Counted from the stretch's first letter, positions 9,972 through 20,077 are shown. The stretch: 64,000 nucleotides of DNA from Candidatus Tectimicrobiota bacterium (GCA_016192455.1 JACPUC010000010.1:90856-154855), one strand, 5' to 3'. Translations and numbers: made by a program. The notes: generated from the letters alone by a model not told the origin.

Positions 9972-10820
9972 TCAGGCGAGGGCCAGCCCGGCGTACGACG
10001 CCAGGCGCACCCCGGCGCGCGCCAGGGCTTCGCGCACGGCCGGAGCGCACAAGCCACGCAGCTCCTCGACGCGCTGCCAGGAGTAGCTCGTGGGCGGCGC
10101 CTCATCCTGCGCCAGCCGGCCTGGGTGGCACATCAGCTCCGTCCAGCCGGACTGGAGGTTCAGGATGGCGTGGACGAGCTTTGCCTCCGTCCAGGCTGGG
10201 GGTTGCTCGCTGCCGCTGAGGAAGTAGTCGCCGAGGAATGCCGTGGTGTGGCGCACGCCCGCGGCGCGGCACGCCGCGCGCGTGGCGGGGAGGGCCGCGC
10301 GCAGCGGCAGGGCATGCAAGCTCGCGCAGCGCAGCATGGCCTCACGCACGGCAGGAAAACGATCGAGATGCTTGTGGGCATCGAGATGGGTGGGAAGTCG
10401 ACCAAGGAGCCGGCTGAAGCGAGCCATCTGCATCCGCAGCTCGCGCTCGATCTCCTCCGCGGCAGCCGAGGGAAGGAGCGCCTCGGCATCGCGGCTGAAC
10501 CGCCCGTCGTCCGCCACGAGGCTCGGCACCTCCGCGGCGGGCGACAGCGGCTTGCCCAGGGAGAGGTTGAGGTGCAGCCCGACGCCGAGCGGCATGCCAG
10601 GCAGGGCCGGGGCGGATCGGCTGCGAGCCTCGGCGTCAGGAAGAGACCGGAGCGCGGCCGCGGCGGCTTCCGCACCCGGCAGGGTGACGATCAGCGTGGT
10701 GCTGCTCACGATGCCCTGCTCGTACGCCGCCAGGATGCCCGCGTCGATGGCAGGCGCCAGGCCGAAGTCATCGGCGTTGACGATCAGGAACCGCGCGCGC
10801 TCCGCCTCCGCCACCTGCAC
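9972..10820 (-). CDS. ChbG/HpnK (YdjC) family deacetylase
   Basis: LIVNADDFG, VGLHLNL, PTHLDAHKH and ELMCHPG. Confidence 0.9.
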   Translation of the reverse strand: MQVAEAERARFLIVNADDFGLAPAIDAGILAAYEQGIVSSTTLIVTLPGAEAAAAALRSLPDAEARSRSAPALPGMPLGVGLHLNLSLGKPLSPAAEVPSLVADDGRFSRDAEALLPSAAAEEIERELRMQMARFSRLLGRLPTHLDAHKHLDRFPAVREAMLRCASLHALPLRAALPATRAACRAAGVRHTTAFLGDYFLSGSEQPPAWTEAKLVHAILNLQSGWTELMCHPGRLAQDEAPPTSYSWQRVEELRGLCAPAVREALARAGVRLASYAGLALA

Positions 10821-10898
10821 GCTCCAGACGCGCCGCGCTCATGGTCGCCCCGCCGGCGCAGCCTCGCGCCGGCCCGCGGGCTGCCCCGCTGCCGCGCC

Positions 10899-11072
10899 CT
10901 ACGGCTGCGCCTTGTGCTCCTGCCGATCCCTCTGGATGCCGCGGTAAATGAGGTAGGCGCCGCCTATCACGATGAAGGTGAGCACGCCCCACCAGAGGAG
11001 GTGTCCAATCCACATGGTCGGCCACAGCCAGGAACCACCAAAGCCAGCACCCATATGCCACTGCGAGAACAT
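10899..11072 (-). CDS. Small single-pass membrane protein (57 aa)
   Basis: GGAGG RBS; MFSQWHMGAGFGG...LLWWGVLTFIVIGGAYLIYR with one TM helix. Confidence 0.55.
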   Translation of the reverse strand: MFSQWHMGAGFGGSWLWPTMWIGHLLWWGVLTFIVIGGAYLIYRGIQRDRQEHKAQP

Positions 11073-11230
11073 CGCATCCTCCCTTGCAGTACCTACATCC
11101 GCCGCCCCCCACCCCACGCACCGCGTGCGTTCTAGCTGGAAGACGACAGGGGGTTCCGTGGCGGCCGCCTGGAGGATGCCCGGGGCCACCGCCGGTGCGC
11201 AGCTCGCCCCCTCCCGTTCGCCGGCGGCGG

Positions 11231-11749
11231 CTACAGGCCAAGGAGGCGTTCCACCTCTGGAATCACCGCTTCGGCCTTGCGCCGCAGCTCCTCCTCATCC
11301 GCGTTGGCGATGGGGTGCGCCGTGCCGGCGAAGGCGTAATCGGCCTTGCCCCAGCTCGCCGCCATGGCGCGGCCCGTCTCCATGAACGCATCGGTGCAGA
11401 TCACCGCCGCCGGCGTGCCGCGCTTCTCCAAGAGAATCCCGTCGAGCACACTGCTCGAGCTGCACGACCCTCAGTCGCCGATGCCGGCGATGACGACATC
11501 GCACTGCCGCGCCAGCTCCGCAACCAGCTCATCGCTGGCCGGCATGGAGGCCGTGAACTTGCGCCGCTCGATGAGGGCGGCGACGCCGTGCTTCTCCTGC
11601 AGCAGCCTCCCCACCAGCCGCAGCAGGCGGTCGCTGTTGGTCTTCGTGTTGTCGAGCAGGCCCACCACCTTGCCCCGCAAGGAGCCGAGGCGCGCGGCAA
11701 GCTCGAAGCCGCCGGTCTCTGGCCCGGCCGTCGGATCGAAGACTTTCAT
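11231..11749 (-). CDS. UGSC family selenoprotein (172 aa, Sec at TGA 11473-11471)
   Basis: ORFs 11471..11827 and 11231..11449 share a frame. Read-through gives VIAGIGD-U-GSCSSSSVLDGILLEKRG (UxxC motif), and the family-like VGLLDNTK motif is present. Confidence 0.9.
11442..11458 (-). promoter_or_regulatory. Putative bacterial SECIS hairpin
   Basis: On the mRNA strand, TCGAGCA-GTG-TGCTCGA (7-bp stem, G-initiated loop) starts 12 nt after the UGA. Confidence 0.65.
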
Positions 11750-11804
11750 GGATTCTCCTCCAAAATTCGGTTGCAAGGGCGGGCGAGTTAATGGTACCCC
11801 ACTC

Positions 11805-12011
11805 TCAATCGTTTGGCAGCCGAGCACCGCGCTCGCGCTTGTCGATACTCTTCAGTTCACGCCGAGCCGTCTGAAGGAGCCTGTCCCTGGCCCATCCTGA
11901 CAAGCTCAATCCTGCTGCAGCCGCCGCGCGTTGGAAGTATTCCGCCATCTCAGCGCTGACGCGGACCTGCAAAGGACGATCGTGCTTACGCTTTGGCGGG
12001 TTCTTCATCAT
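11805..12011 (-). CDS. Ribbon-helix-helix-like small protein
   Basis: LQVRVS..AEYFQRAAAAAGLSLSGWARDRL fits the strand-helix-helix pattern. Confidence 0.6.
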   Translation of the reverse strand: MMKNPPKRKHDRPLQVRVSAEMAEYFQRAAAAAGLSLSGWARDRLLQTARRELKSIDKRERGARLPND

Positions 12012-12223
12012 CCGTACGTCTACTGCCAGGGGTACGAAAAGTCAAGACCAGCAAGGACTTTGCCGGCGCGCCGACATTTGCCTTGCAATGTACTGCCAGT
12101 GGCATTACATTTTGGAATGGAGGCGGAGCTGCCGCGCCACCCTCTTGGTCCCACCGGCAATGGGGGCGGGATTCCGACACGTCGCAGGAGCACGCCCCAA
12201 CTGGTCATGGAGCATAGCAAGCT

Positions 12224-12898
12224 ATGGAACTCTTCCCGCTGACGAACAACTGTGAACAAGAGCAATCAGGCAAACGGCCTCTCGAAGCACTCTATGCAGG
12301 TGATCAGGACATCAATGAGATTACCGGCCGATTTGGAACCATCCTCATAGATCCGCCCTGGAGATTCCTGAATAGAACGGGCAAGATGGCCCCAGAACAT
12401 AAGAGGCTTCGCCGCTACAGAACCATGAGCTTTGCAGAGATCGCTGCCTTACCAATTGCAAAATTCGCCTGCGAGAAAAGCCACCTATACCTCTGGTGTC
12501 CGAATGCCTTGCTTCTCGAAGGCTTGACTATTATGAAATCGTGGGGCTTCGAGTACAAGACGAATATCGTTTGGTATAAAGTCCGCAAGGATGGTGGCCC
12601 CGATGGCCGCGGTGTGGGATTCTACTTTAGAAATGTCACTGAGCTTGTTCTATTCGGTGTCAAGGGCACTCTGCGAACCCTGAAGCCAGGTAGAAGTCAA
12701 GTTAATATTATCGTTTGTCGCAAGAGGGAACACTCACGCAAGCCAGAGAAAATATACGATGTCATCCAGAGATGCAGCCCGGGCCCTTACCTTGAGCTCT
12801 TCGCAAGGGAGAAAGTAACCGGTTGGACGCAGTGGGGTGACGAATTGGCGACCTACGAGCGCACGAAACCGAACCACAAAGGGTACAGTTGGTCATGA
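12224..12898 (+). CDS. MT-A70 family adenine methyltransferase
   Basis: ILIDPPW, HLYLW, WGFEYKTNIVWYK, FRNVTE, REHSRKP and LELFAR. Confidence 0.92.
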   Translation: MELFPLTNNCEQEQSGKRPLEALYAGDQDINEITGRFGTILIDPPWRFLNRTGKMAPEHKRLRRYRTMSFAEIAALPIAKFACEKSHLYLWCPNALLLEGLTIMKSWGFEYKTNIVWYKVRKDGGPDGRGVGFYFRNVTELVLFGVKGTLRTLKPGRSQVNIIVCRKREHSRKPEKIYDVIQRCSPGPYLELFAREKVTGWTQWGDELATYERTKPNHKGYSWS

Positions 12899-12919
12899 AG
12901 CTGGATCATTCAACACCAT

Positions 12920-13549
12920 CTAACGGTTTATTCGCTGATGAACTTTTTCGTAAACCTGACGTACCCGTTGGCGATCAGAAAGATGATAATCATCGCTCTC
13001 TAAAGGCATGTCAACCAGGATGATATTAACTGGAACTGAAGGAAAATTTTTCGACAAGCGTTCTAAATCGTAAACCAACTGTTCCCCATAGGATACCCCT
13101 GAAGACATCTGCCGCTGAAGAAAATGACATGGCACAATCTCCACTCCAAGACGAATTGTACCCTTATTGTAAAAGTATTGAAACTTAGCCAGATCATAAA
13201 ACATGAAAGCATATTTCCCAAACTGTACTTCGACGAGCACCGGTTCCTTATAGAAATCACACTGCTTATATGCCCCGAAGATCTTGTGCGGGTAGTTGGG
13301 GATTTCAATATCATAAAAGTCTTTGAGCTCACCCCAACCATAGTGATAGAATAGATTCTTGAATAGCTGATTTATTTCTTTTGGAGAGTAAAGTTGCTTA
13401 TCTAATTTCGTCTTCTCCTTACTCTTTTTGTTGCGACCGGGATTCTCTACTTGCAGTATTATATTCTTCAGCTGCTCATATACTTCAGGAAACCTGACAA
13501 GGAGAATTTCCTCGCCACCAAGATGAGAATAGGTATAAACAATATCCAC
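12920..13549 (-). CDS. BglII/BstYI family type II restriction endonuclease
   Basis: YSHLGG N-terminus; CDFYKEPVLVEVQFGKYAFMFYDL has the D..ExQ active site of BglII-type enzymes; low GC. Confidence 0.82.
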   Translation of the reverse strand: MDIVYTYSHLGGEEILLVRFPEVYEQLKNIILQVENPGRNKKSKEKTKLDKQLYSPKEINQLFKNLFYHYGWGELKDFYDIEIPNYPHKIFGAYKQCDFYKEPVLVEVQFGKYAFMFYDLAKFQYFYNKGTIRLGVEIVPCHFLQRQMSSGVSYGEQLVYDLERLSKNFPSVPVNIILVDMPLESDDYHLSDRQRVRQVYEKVHQRINR

Positions 13550-13579
13550 AGTAATGAGTTATCCTTTCTAGGATACTAG

Positions 13580-14500
13580 TTAGGACTGTTGCTTAAAGGG
13601 GTTTCTTGTCAAAGAGGTATCCTGAGGAGGTTCGTAGATCTCCCGCCCCATGGGTCGGACCTGCAAGAGCCCCTCGGCCGCCAAGCCGGCGCGCGCAAGT
13701 GCAATTTCTAGATACTTGGCATCGAGCTCGGCCCCCGCCACGCGACGCCCATGTCGCACCGCAGCCACTGCGGTTGAGCCAACCCCCATGAACGGATCGA
13801 AAACTAGATTATCTTTTTCCGTGAGACCCAAGACTAACCTTTCAACCAGTTCAACCGGGAACTGACAGGGGTGCTCAGTCTTTTCAATATGATTGTGTTT
13901 CACATTTGGAATAACCCACACGTCTCCTGGATTCTTGCCGAGAGGATTGCAGGAGTACTCTCCGGCCTTCGGTCCCTTAAAATATCGCTTCCCCGGATAC
14001 TTCTGGGGCACACGCAGAGCGTCGAGGTTGAAAATGTAGTCAGCGGATTTCGTGAACCAGAGAATGACCTCGTACCGTCCGGAAAATCGTCTCGAACAAT
14101 GCAGTCCATGCTCAAAGTGCCAGACAATACGATTCCTCATCTTCAAACCATGCCGTTGAAATGCTGGATAAAGAAGCACATCTAAAGGTATGATCGAACC
14201 GCGTTCTACGTAGTTCCCAACTTGCCAGCAGATGCTACCGCGTTCATTGAGAATTCTGACGCATTCAGTAATCACGCCAGCCTGTTGTGCTACGTAGAGA
14301 TCAATATCGAGTTTATTCTCATATACTTTGCCCAAGTTATACGGTGGCGAGGTTACAATGAGTTGTGCACTATTCTCAGGGATCGTGGCAAGAAGGGCGA
14401 GGCAGTCGCCGTGAAACAGGGTTACACGGTTCTCAGCTCGGTACTCCGACATAACGCCGAAAGGGATACCCAATGAGAGGTGAAGCTGTCGTCCTGTCAC
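13580..14500 (-). CDS. Beta-class N4-cytosine/N6-adenine DNA methyltransferase
   Basis: GDCL, VTSPPYN, HPCQFP and DPFMGVGST, with motif IV before motif I. An alternative start lies at 14452. Confidence 0.92.
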   Translation of the reverse strand: MTGRQLHLSLGIPFGVMSEYRAENRVTLFHGDCLALLATIPENSAQLIVTSPPYNLGKVYENKLDIDLYVAQQAGVITECVRILNERGSICWQVGNYVERGSIIPLDVLLYPAFQRHGLKMRNRIVWHFEHGLHCSRRFSGRYEVILWFTKSADYIFNLDALRVPQKYPGKRYFKGPKAGEYSCNPLGKNPGDVWVIPNVKHNHIEKTEHPCQFPVELVERLVLGLTEKDNLVFDPFMGVGSTAVAAVRHGRRVAGAELDAKYLEIALARAGLAAEGLLQVRPMGREIYEPPQDTSLTRNPFKQQS

Positions 14501-14613
14501 CTTATCATCCCCATGTTAGGCTTGAAGAATTGCTCAAGTGCAACCTTCTCCCGTTTCAGCACCGTACAGTCACCCCATGTGGAAACTCAGTGTATTGCGT
14601 CGCCCGCGGGACG

Positions 14614-15678
14614 TCAACCTTCCCTTTGCGCCACCCGCTTCGTGACGCTGTGGGTGCTGAGGCCGCCGGCCCAGCCGGGGACGAAGGCGGAGAAGCGCCC
14701 GGCGTCGCCGCCGGCGGCGATGACCATGATCTCCTCCGGCGCCGGCACGGCGGTCTTCATCGTCCTCTCGTCCTCCGGGGTGATGGGGCCGGGGAGGCGC
14801 CCGGCGCGCTTTACCTCGGCGAGGGGGCGGCGGGCCTTCTCGAAGAGGTAGCCGCGGATGCGCGACTTGTCCCAGCCGGCGCCGGCGATCGTCTGGCGAT
14901 GCTCGCCGCTGATGACGATGAGGGCCTCGGTGCGTCCCATGATGTTCGCCGCACCCAGCGTCACCATGGAGTCGGCGATGGTGTCGAGGATGCCCTCCGG
15001 GCTGCGGCTGGTGTGGTTGCTCACCGAGTGCGGCGCGTCGGCGGCGAAGACGGTTACGGCGCTCTCCGCCGCCGCGAAGCCGCGCTCGACGTGCATCGGC
15101 GTCCAGGGGCTGTCGGCTTCGTCCTCGGCGATGCAGTAGGTGTACTTGCCGGGATGCCCGAGGGTGGCGCGGTCGAGCTGGCCGGGGATGGCCCCGCAGA
15201 CGTTCATGAGGACGAGGCGCACGGCCCGACCGATGCCGGCGTTAGCCCGCCAGCCCTGGCCGAACAGATTCGCCTTGCTGTTCACGCCGATGGCCCGGGC
15301 GATCGGCCCATGGACGATGACCAGGACCGCCACGCCGGCGGTGCTTGCCACCGGCCCGTGCAGGCCAAAGCGCGGATCGCACATCGCCTCCATGGCCGCC
15401 GCCAGCACCGGCATGTATTCCGGCAGGCACCCCGCCATCACCGCGTTGATCGCCAGCTTCTCGGCGGTAATGACACGCTGGCGCTCGTGGACCGTGCCCA
15501 GCACCCTCTCCGGGGCGAGGTCCGCGGCGGCGAGCATGGCCCGGATGCGCGGCTCGGTCGGCGGCACGATGGGCAGCCCATCGGTCCAGCCGCGCTCATG
15601 GTAAAGCTCCATGGCCGCCACCTCATCGTGCGCCTCGTAGCTTCTCGAAGTAAGCGGGGCTTGCGTCCCTTGGCTCAT
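14614..15678 (-). CDS. Conserved protein of the GWTDGLPxVPPT family, usually adjacent or fused to UGSC proteins
   Basis: GWTDGLPIVPPT, EKLAINAVMAGC, RANAGIGRAVRL and LGHPGKY. Confidence 0.8.
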   Translation of the reverse strand: MSQGTQAPLTSRSYEAHDEVAAMELYHERGWTDGLPIVPPTEPRIRAMLAAADLAPERVLGTVHERQRVITAEKLAINAVMAGCLPEYMPVLAAAMEAMCDPRFGLHGPVASTAGVAVLVIVHGPIARAIGVNSKANLFGQGWRANAGIGRAVRLVLMNVCGAIPGQLDRATLGHPGKYTYCIAEDEADSPWTPMHVERGFAAAESAVTVFAADAPHSVSNHTSRSPEGILDTIADSMVTLGAANIMGRTEALIVISGEHRQTIAGAGWDKSRIRGYLFEKARRPLAEVKRAGRLPGPITPEDERTMKTAVPAPEEIMVIAAGGDAGRFSAFVPGWAGGLSTHSVTKRVAQREG

Positions 15679-16144
15679 GGGCGTTTCCCTCTCCATGCGG
15701 CTCCGCGCCGACGTGGCATGTTTCAGCACAGCCGCTCTGGGCATCGACGCCCGAGGGCTATGCCGCCGCCCTCCCTTCGTCGGCGGGCAGCTTTATGGTA
15801 AGGCGCTGATTCCCTGCGGAAAGGAACTTGTTCGACTGCTGATCCGGAAGTTTGATCCTTCTTGTTGCCCATCGGCTGACCATCCCGGCCTCCCTCGCAC
15901 TGACAATCCAGCCTTGCCCGCCGGGCCAGCGGAAAGACGATGCGATCGCTTCTTTGATGCCCGCCTTGGTCGTACCCGACCTGTTCCCGCCATCGGAATC
16001 CGCATCTTCGCAATGATCAGCGATACACGGTCCAGTTCAACTGCATCTAAGAAGTTTCGGCATCATCGGGATACACCGACCAAACTTGTAAGTCTGCTCA
16101 CACGCACCGCGGGACGCTCTTTCCGCGCCGCTCCTTTCCGCCTC

Positions 16145-16843
16145 TCAAGTGGCTGCTTTCTCGGGGCCTGCTGGCTTTGGCTTCCCCGCCGCTTCGCCGC
16201 CCAGCCCCTTGCAGCGCGCGTCAGCATGGGGACCCGTGGGCGCCATCGTGAAGACGGATTCAACCGACGTGTAGTCGAAGTATCCCAGCCGGGCGAGGGG
16301 GCGGATTTTCAGGACGTCTACGCGTCCGTCATCGGTCAAGGCGTCGTCGCGGATGTGCACCCCGATGACCTTTCCCACCACGACGTACACGACATTCTCC
16401 ACCGTGTGGCCGGGGAGGACCAGCGACGTGGAGAAGAGGCATTCGAGATGGACCGGCGAGGCGGCGAGGCGCGGTGGCTTGACGAGCCGCGAGGGGATGG
16501 TCTCCAGCCCGGCGAGCACGGTCTCATCGACCTCGGGATCGACGAGCTGCGAGGAGACGTTGACCGCCTCGCGCAACTCCCAGGTCGCCATGTTGCAGAC
16601 GAACTCGCCGGTTTCAACGGCGTTCACCACGCTGTCCTTGCGGCTGCCGTCCGGACGCGCCTGCGCGGAGAACATCACGTAGGGCGGGTCATAGCCAAGG
16701 TTGTTGAACTGGCTGTAGGGCGCCAGGTTAACCACGCCGCCGCGGCTCAGCGTCGTGATCCAGCCGATGGGGCGCGGGATGACGCAGGATTTGTAGGGGT
16801 TGTAGGGCAGTCCGTGATCGTTCTTCTCAGTCTCGTAGAACAT
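16145..16843 (-). CDS. Flavin reductase family (DIM6/NTAB) protein
   Basis: PRPIGWITT, NLAPYS, KDSVVN..ETGEFVCN and PLARLG. Confidence 0.9.
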   Translation of the reverse strand: MFYETEKNDHGLPYNPYKSCVIPRPIGWITTLSRGGVVNLAPYSQFNNLGYDPPYVMFSAQARPDGSRKDSVVNAVETGEFVCNMATWELREAVNVSSQLVDPEVDETVLAGLETIPSRLVKPPRLAASPVHLECLFSTSLVLPGHTVENVVYVVVGKVIGVHIRDDALTDDGRVDVLKIRPLARLGYFDYTSVESVFTMAPTGPHADARCKGLGGEAAGKPKPAGPEKAAT

Positions 16844-16979
16844 GGCGGATGGCGCTCCCTGAAGAAACTTCGCCAGTCCCGACTAGAATCTTCTGCGCCC
16901 TCAGTGGTCACCCTGGCGGGCCTCGGGCCGGCCTTCGGCAGCCGCCGACCCTCCGCTCCGTGCCTGAGGGGGCGCTTCC

Positions 16980-17768
16980 TTACGGCGCCCACTCGACGCC
17001 GCAGGTGAGGTTGATGTGCTGGGCGGTGACGCTCTTGGCGGCGTCGGAGGCCAGCCACAGGGCGCACTCGGCAACCTCGCGCGGATCGGTGACGTGGTGC
17101 AGGGGGGACTGATCGATGATCCATTCGCGCACCGCCTCGGGCGTCTTCTTCTGCACTCGGGCGCGGTTGCGCACCACGCTCTCGAAGCGGTCGCCCGCCA
17201 CCGGCCCGGGGCAGATGGCGTTGACGCGGATGCCGAAGGCCGCCAGCTCCACGCCAAGGCTGCGCGCGATGGCGACGTCCGCCGCCTTCGAGGTGGCGTA
17301 GGGGAGTCGGTTGGGGTAGGCCCGCAGGCCCCCGCCCAGCGACGACAGGTTGATGATGCAGCCGCGGCTCTCCTTCAGCATCGGCACGGCGGCGCGGCAG
17401 CAGAGGAAGACCCCGCGCACGTTGACGTTCATCACCTGGTCCCACTGCTCGTCGGTGATCTCCGTCACCGGCGCGGTGGGCCCCTCGATGCCGGAGTTGT
17501 TGACCAGCACGTCGAGGCGGCCAAGCTCCTGCCGGGTGCGCTCGAAGAGGTGCCGCACGGCGCTGCTGTCGCAGAGGTCGATGGGCACGCAGAGCGCCTT
17601 GCCGCCGAAGCCGCGGATGATCGCCGCCGTCTCCTCCAGCGCCGGTACCGTGCGCGCGGCGAGCACCGAGGTGGCGCCGGCGCGCGCGAACTCGACGGCG
17701 ATGGCCCGCCCGATCCCCTTGCCCCCGCCCGTCACCACCGCAACCTTGCCCGCAAAATCGAAGTTCAT
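16980..17768 (-). CDS. SDR family oxidoreductase
   Basis: TGGGKGIG, LVNNSG, YATSK and VNAICPG. Confidence 0.92.
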   Translation of the reverse strand: MNFDFAGKVAVVTGGGKGIGRAIAVEFARAGATSVLAARTVPALEETAAIIRGFGGKALCVPIDLCDSSAVRHLFERTRQELGRLDVLVNNSGIEGPTAPVTEITDEQWDQVMNVNVRGVFLCCRAAVPMLKESRGCIINLSSLGGGLRAYPNRLPYATSKAADVAIARSLGVELAAFGIRVNAICPGPVAGDRFESVVRNRARVQKKTPEAVREWIIDQSPLHHVTDPREVAECALWLASDAAKSVTAQHINLTCGVEWAP

Positions 17769-18184
17769 GATCACGCCCCCTGCTGCCGTACGATCTGTCC
17801 CAACCTGTAGGCAGCCCCCATTGGGAGCCTCTCCGTTGACGCGAAAGGCTCTTCAATCAGGGCCGCCGCCGGCATGCTGACGCCGGCGTTCTTCCTCGCC
17901 CGGCATCGCCAGGATGTTTCAGGCGACGGTTTCCCGGACAAGCCCGATTGTAGCAGAGAGGCGGAGCTTGACTCAACGTCACCTGATACACCGACCCCGC
18001 GCCGCCTCCTTCCGCACTGCCTCCGGCAGCGGGCGCGCGAGATGCCCCACGCCGCGGAGCGCGCGCAGCATGCACAGCCAGAGCGGGCGGCTGCCGGTTG
18101 ACAGAGTGGCCAGGGATTGCTACGAATCGCCAGAAGCGGGGTGAGGGCGCCGCCGGCGAATGCAGCGCGGGGAGAGATGACAGC

Positions 18185-19606
18185 ATGGCTTCTGACGGGA
18201 ATGTCGAGTTCAGTCTGCGCGGTTACGTGATGGACCTCGCCCGCGAGCTCCCCGGGGCCTGCGAACGTCTGCCTGCGCCGGTCGACCGGCGGCGCCAGCC
18301 GGAGGGGCTCGCCGCCGAGCTTGCCGGGCAGGACCGCTGGCCGGTGCTCTGGGGAGAGCTGCCGGGGAGCAGCCCGTGCGGCGTCGCGGCGAACCTCTTT
18401 GCGGACCGCGCCCGCATGGCGGCCTGGTTTGGTGCGCCGCCGGAGCGGCTCAGCGCGGCGCTCCTCGGTCGTCTGGCGGGAGCCGGGCGCGCCGGGATGC
18501 GGCGCGAGGCGGGGCAGGCGCCGGTGCGGCAGGTGATCCTGCACGGGGAAGAGGTTGATCTCACGGCGCTGGCGATCCCCCGGCACGGCGGCGCGGGCGG
18601 CGCCGTGATCACCGGCGGGCTGCTCATCACCTGCGACCCCGGCGACGGCAAGGAGCGCATCTGCCAGCAGCGCGCCCTGATCACCTCGCCGACCAGCCTC
18701 GCCCTCCCCCTCGACCACCACAGCCAGCTCAGCCGCGCCGCCGATGCCGCCCGCCTGCGCGGCGAGCGCCTGCGCGCCGTCCTCTGGATCGGCCACCACC
18801 CCGCCCTGGTGCTGGCGGCGGCCTGCCTGGGGGAGCGGGCTGAGGTTTGGGAGCGTCTCGGCGCGGCGATCAACCGCGACCTGGCCGTCACCCCGTCGCT
18901 GAGCTTCGGCAAGGCGCTGTGCGTCCCCGCCGAGGCGGAGCTGGCGCTGGAGGGGGAGATCGACCCGAGCGCCCGCGAGGAGCACGCCGGCTTCCCCGCC
19001 GGCAACGGCTGCACGGCCGGCCCCACGCCGGCCCTGCGGATGGAGGTGCGCTGCCTGAGCCGGCGGGCGGAAGCCTGGTGGTGCGACGTAGTGCCGGAGC
19101 AGCTTGATGCCTACCAGCTCTCGGGCGTGCCCCTCGAGGTCGCCCTCCTCGACGAGGTGGGACGCCGGGCGCCGTCGCTGCGCAACGTCCACGTGCCGCC
19201 CACCGCCGGCGGCGCCCTGCACGCCTATCTGCAACTCAAGGAGCCCCGCAAGGGAGAGGCCCGCGAGGCCATCCTCACCGCCTTGCCGGTGGACGCGCGC
19301 CTGAAACACGTCTTCGTCGTCGATGACGACGTGAACATCTTCGACGACCGCGAGGTGCTGTGGGCGCTGGCCACGCGCTCGCAGTGGGAGCGCGATGTCC
19401 TCATCATGCCAGGGCTGCGCGGCTCGCGCCTCGACCCGCTGGCCGAGGGGGGCGTGGGGGTGAAGGGGGGTTTCGACTGCACCCGCCCGGCAGGCGAGAG
19501 CTACAGCGAGCGCAACGCCGTGTCACCGTCGGTCTACGCCGAGGTGCGCATCGAGGATTACCTCGACGCGGCGCACCTGGCGCGCATCCCCGTCGAGCGG
19601 CAGTAG
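18185..19606 (+). CDS. UbiD-like protein #3 with degenerate active site (possible non-catalytic subunit)
   Basis: The UbiD C-terminal domain is intact (VVDDDVNIFDDREVLWALATR, KGGFDCT), but EGPFGE is replaced by HAGFPA. Confidence 0.82.
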   Translation: MASDGNVEFSLRGYVMDLARELPGACERLPAPVDRRRQPEGLAAELAGQDRWPVLWGELPGSSPCGVAANLFADRARMAAWFGAPPERLSAALLGRLAGAGRAGMRREAGQAPVRQVILHGEEVDLTALAIPRHGGAGGAVITGGLLITCDPGDGKERICQQRALITSPTSLALPLDHHSQLSRAADAARLRGERLRAVLWIGHHPALVLAAACLGERAEVWERLGAAINRDLAVTPSLSFGKALCVPAEAELALEGEIDPSAREEHAGFPAGNGCTAGPTPALRMEVRCLSRRAEAWWCDVVPEQLDAYQLSGVPLEVALLDEVGRRAPSLRNVHVPPTAGGALHAYLQLKEPRKGEAREAILTALPVDARLKHVFVVDDDVNIFDDREVLWALATRSQWERDVLIMPGLRGSRLDPLAEGGVGVKGGFDCTRPAGESYSERNAVSPSVYAEVRIEDYLDAAHLARIPVERQ

Positions 19607-19679
19607 ATCATGTGCTGTTTCTTCAATCAGATCGCAGAGAGGCGCGAGGGAGCCTCGCCCCCTCGCGCACCCTTCATCG

Positions 19680-19707
19680 GTAGGGGCGGTTCGCGAACCG
19701 CCCCTAC
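19680..19707. repeat. GTAG-type REP palindrome, copy 2
   Basis: Identical to 7416-7443. Confidence 0.85.
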
Positions 19708-19836
19708 GGCTCGCGGGGAGTGGGGGGCAAGGGTCTCCTCCAAAAGATTCCCCTCTCGCCTGGCACGAAGAAGGCGTCGAATTTAGGTTGGAACTTGTGC
19801 GAGGTGACGCCAGGCGATGCCGCAGGAGAACCGCGC

Positions 19837-19995
19837 ATGCCCATGGTGAAGGTGTACTGGCTGACCTGCCCGAAATGCGGCTGGCGCTACTACGTGGGAG
19901 AGTCGCTGCTGCGCATCAAGGACTTCCCCACCGTCTGCCCGAAGTGCAAGCATGAGTACCTGCCGGAGCAGTCGAGCACCGGCATCGAGGGGTAG
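19837..19995 (+). CDS. 52-aa zinc-ribbon protein
   Basis: AGGAG RBS; MPMVKVYWLTCPKCGWRYY...TVCPKCKHEY has two CxxC pairs; host-like codon usage. Confidence 0.75.
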   Translation: MPMVKVYWLTCPKCGWRYYVGESLLRIKDFPTVCPKCKHEYLPEQSSTGIEG

Positions 19996-20049
19996 CGGGC
20001 AGGCTGCCATTTTTTTTTGGGGGACCATTGCTCCCCCACACCCCCATCC

Positions 20050-20077
20050 GTAGGGGCGGTTCGCGAACCGCCCTTAC
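20050..20077. repeat. GTAG-type REP palindrome, copy 3
   Basis: One mismatch to copies 1 and 2. Confidence 0.8.

Noticed and set aside
11471-11473. TGA as a nonsense mutation (pseudogene or two genes)
   Set aside because: The UxxC context and the downstream hairpin favour selenocysteine.
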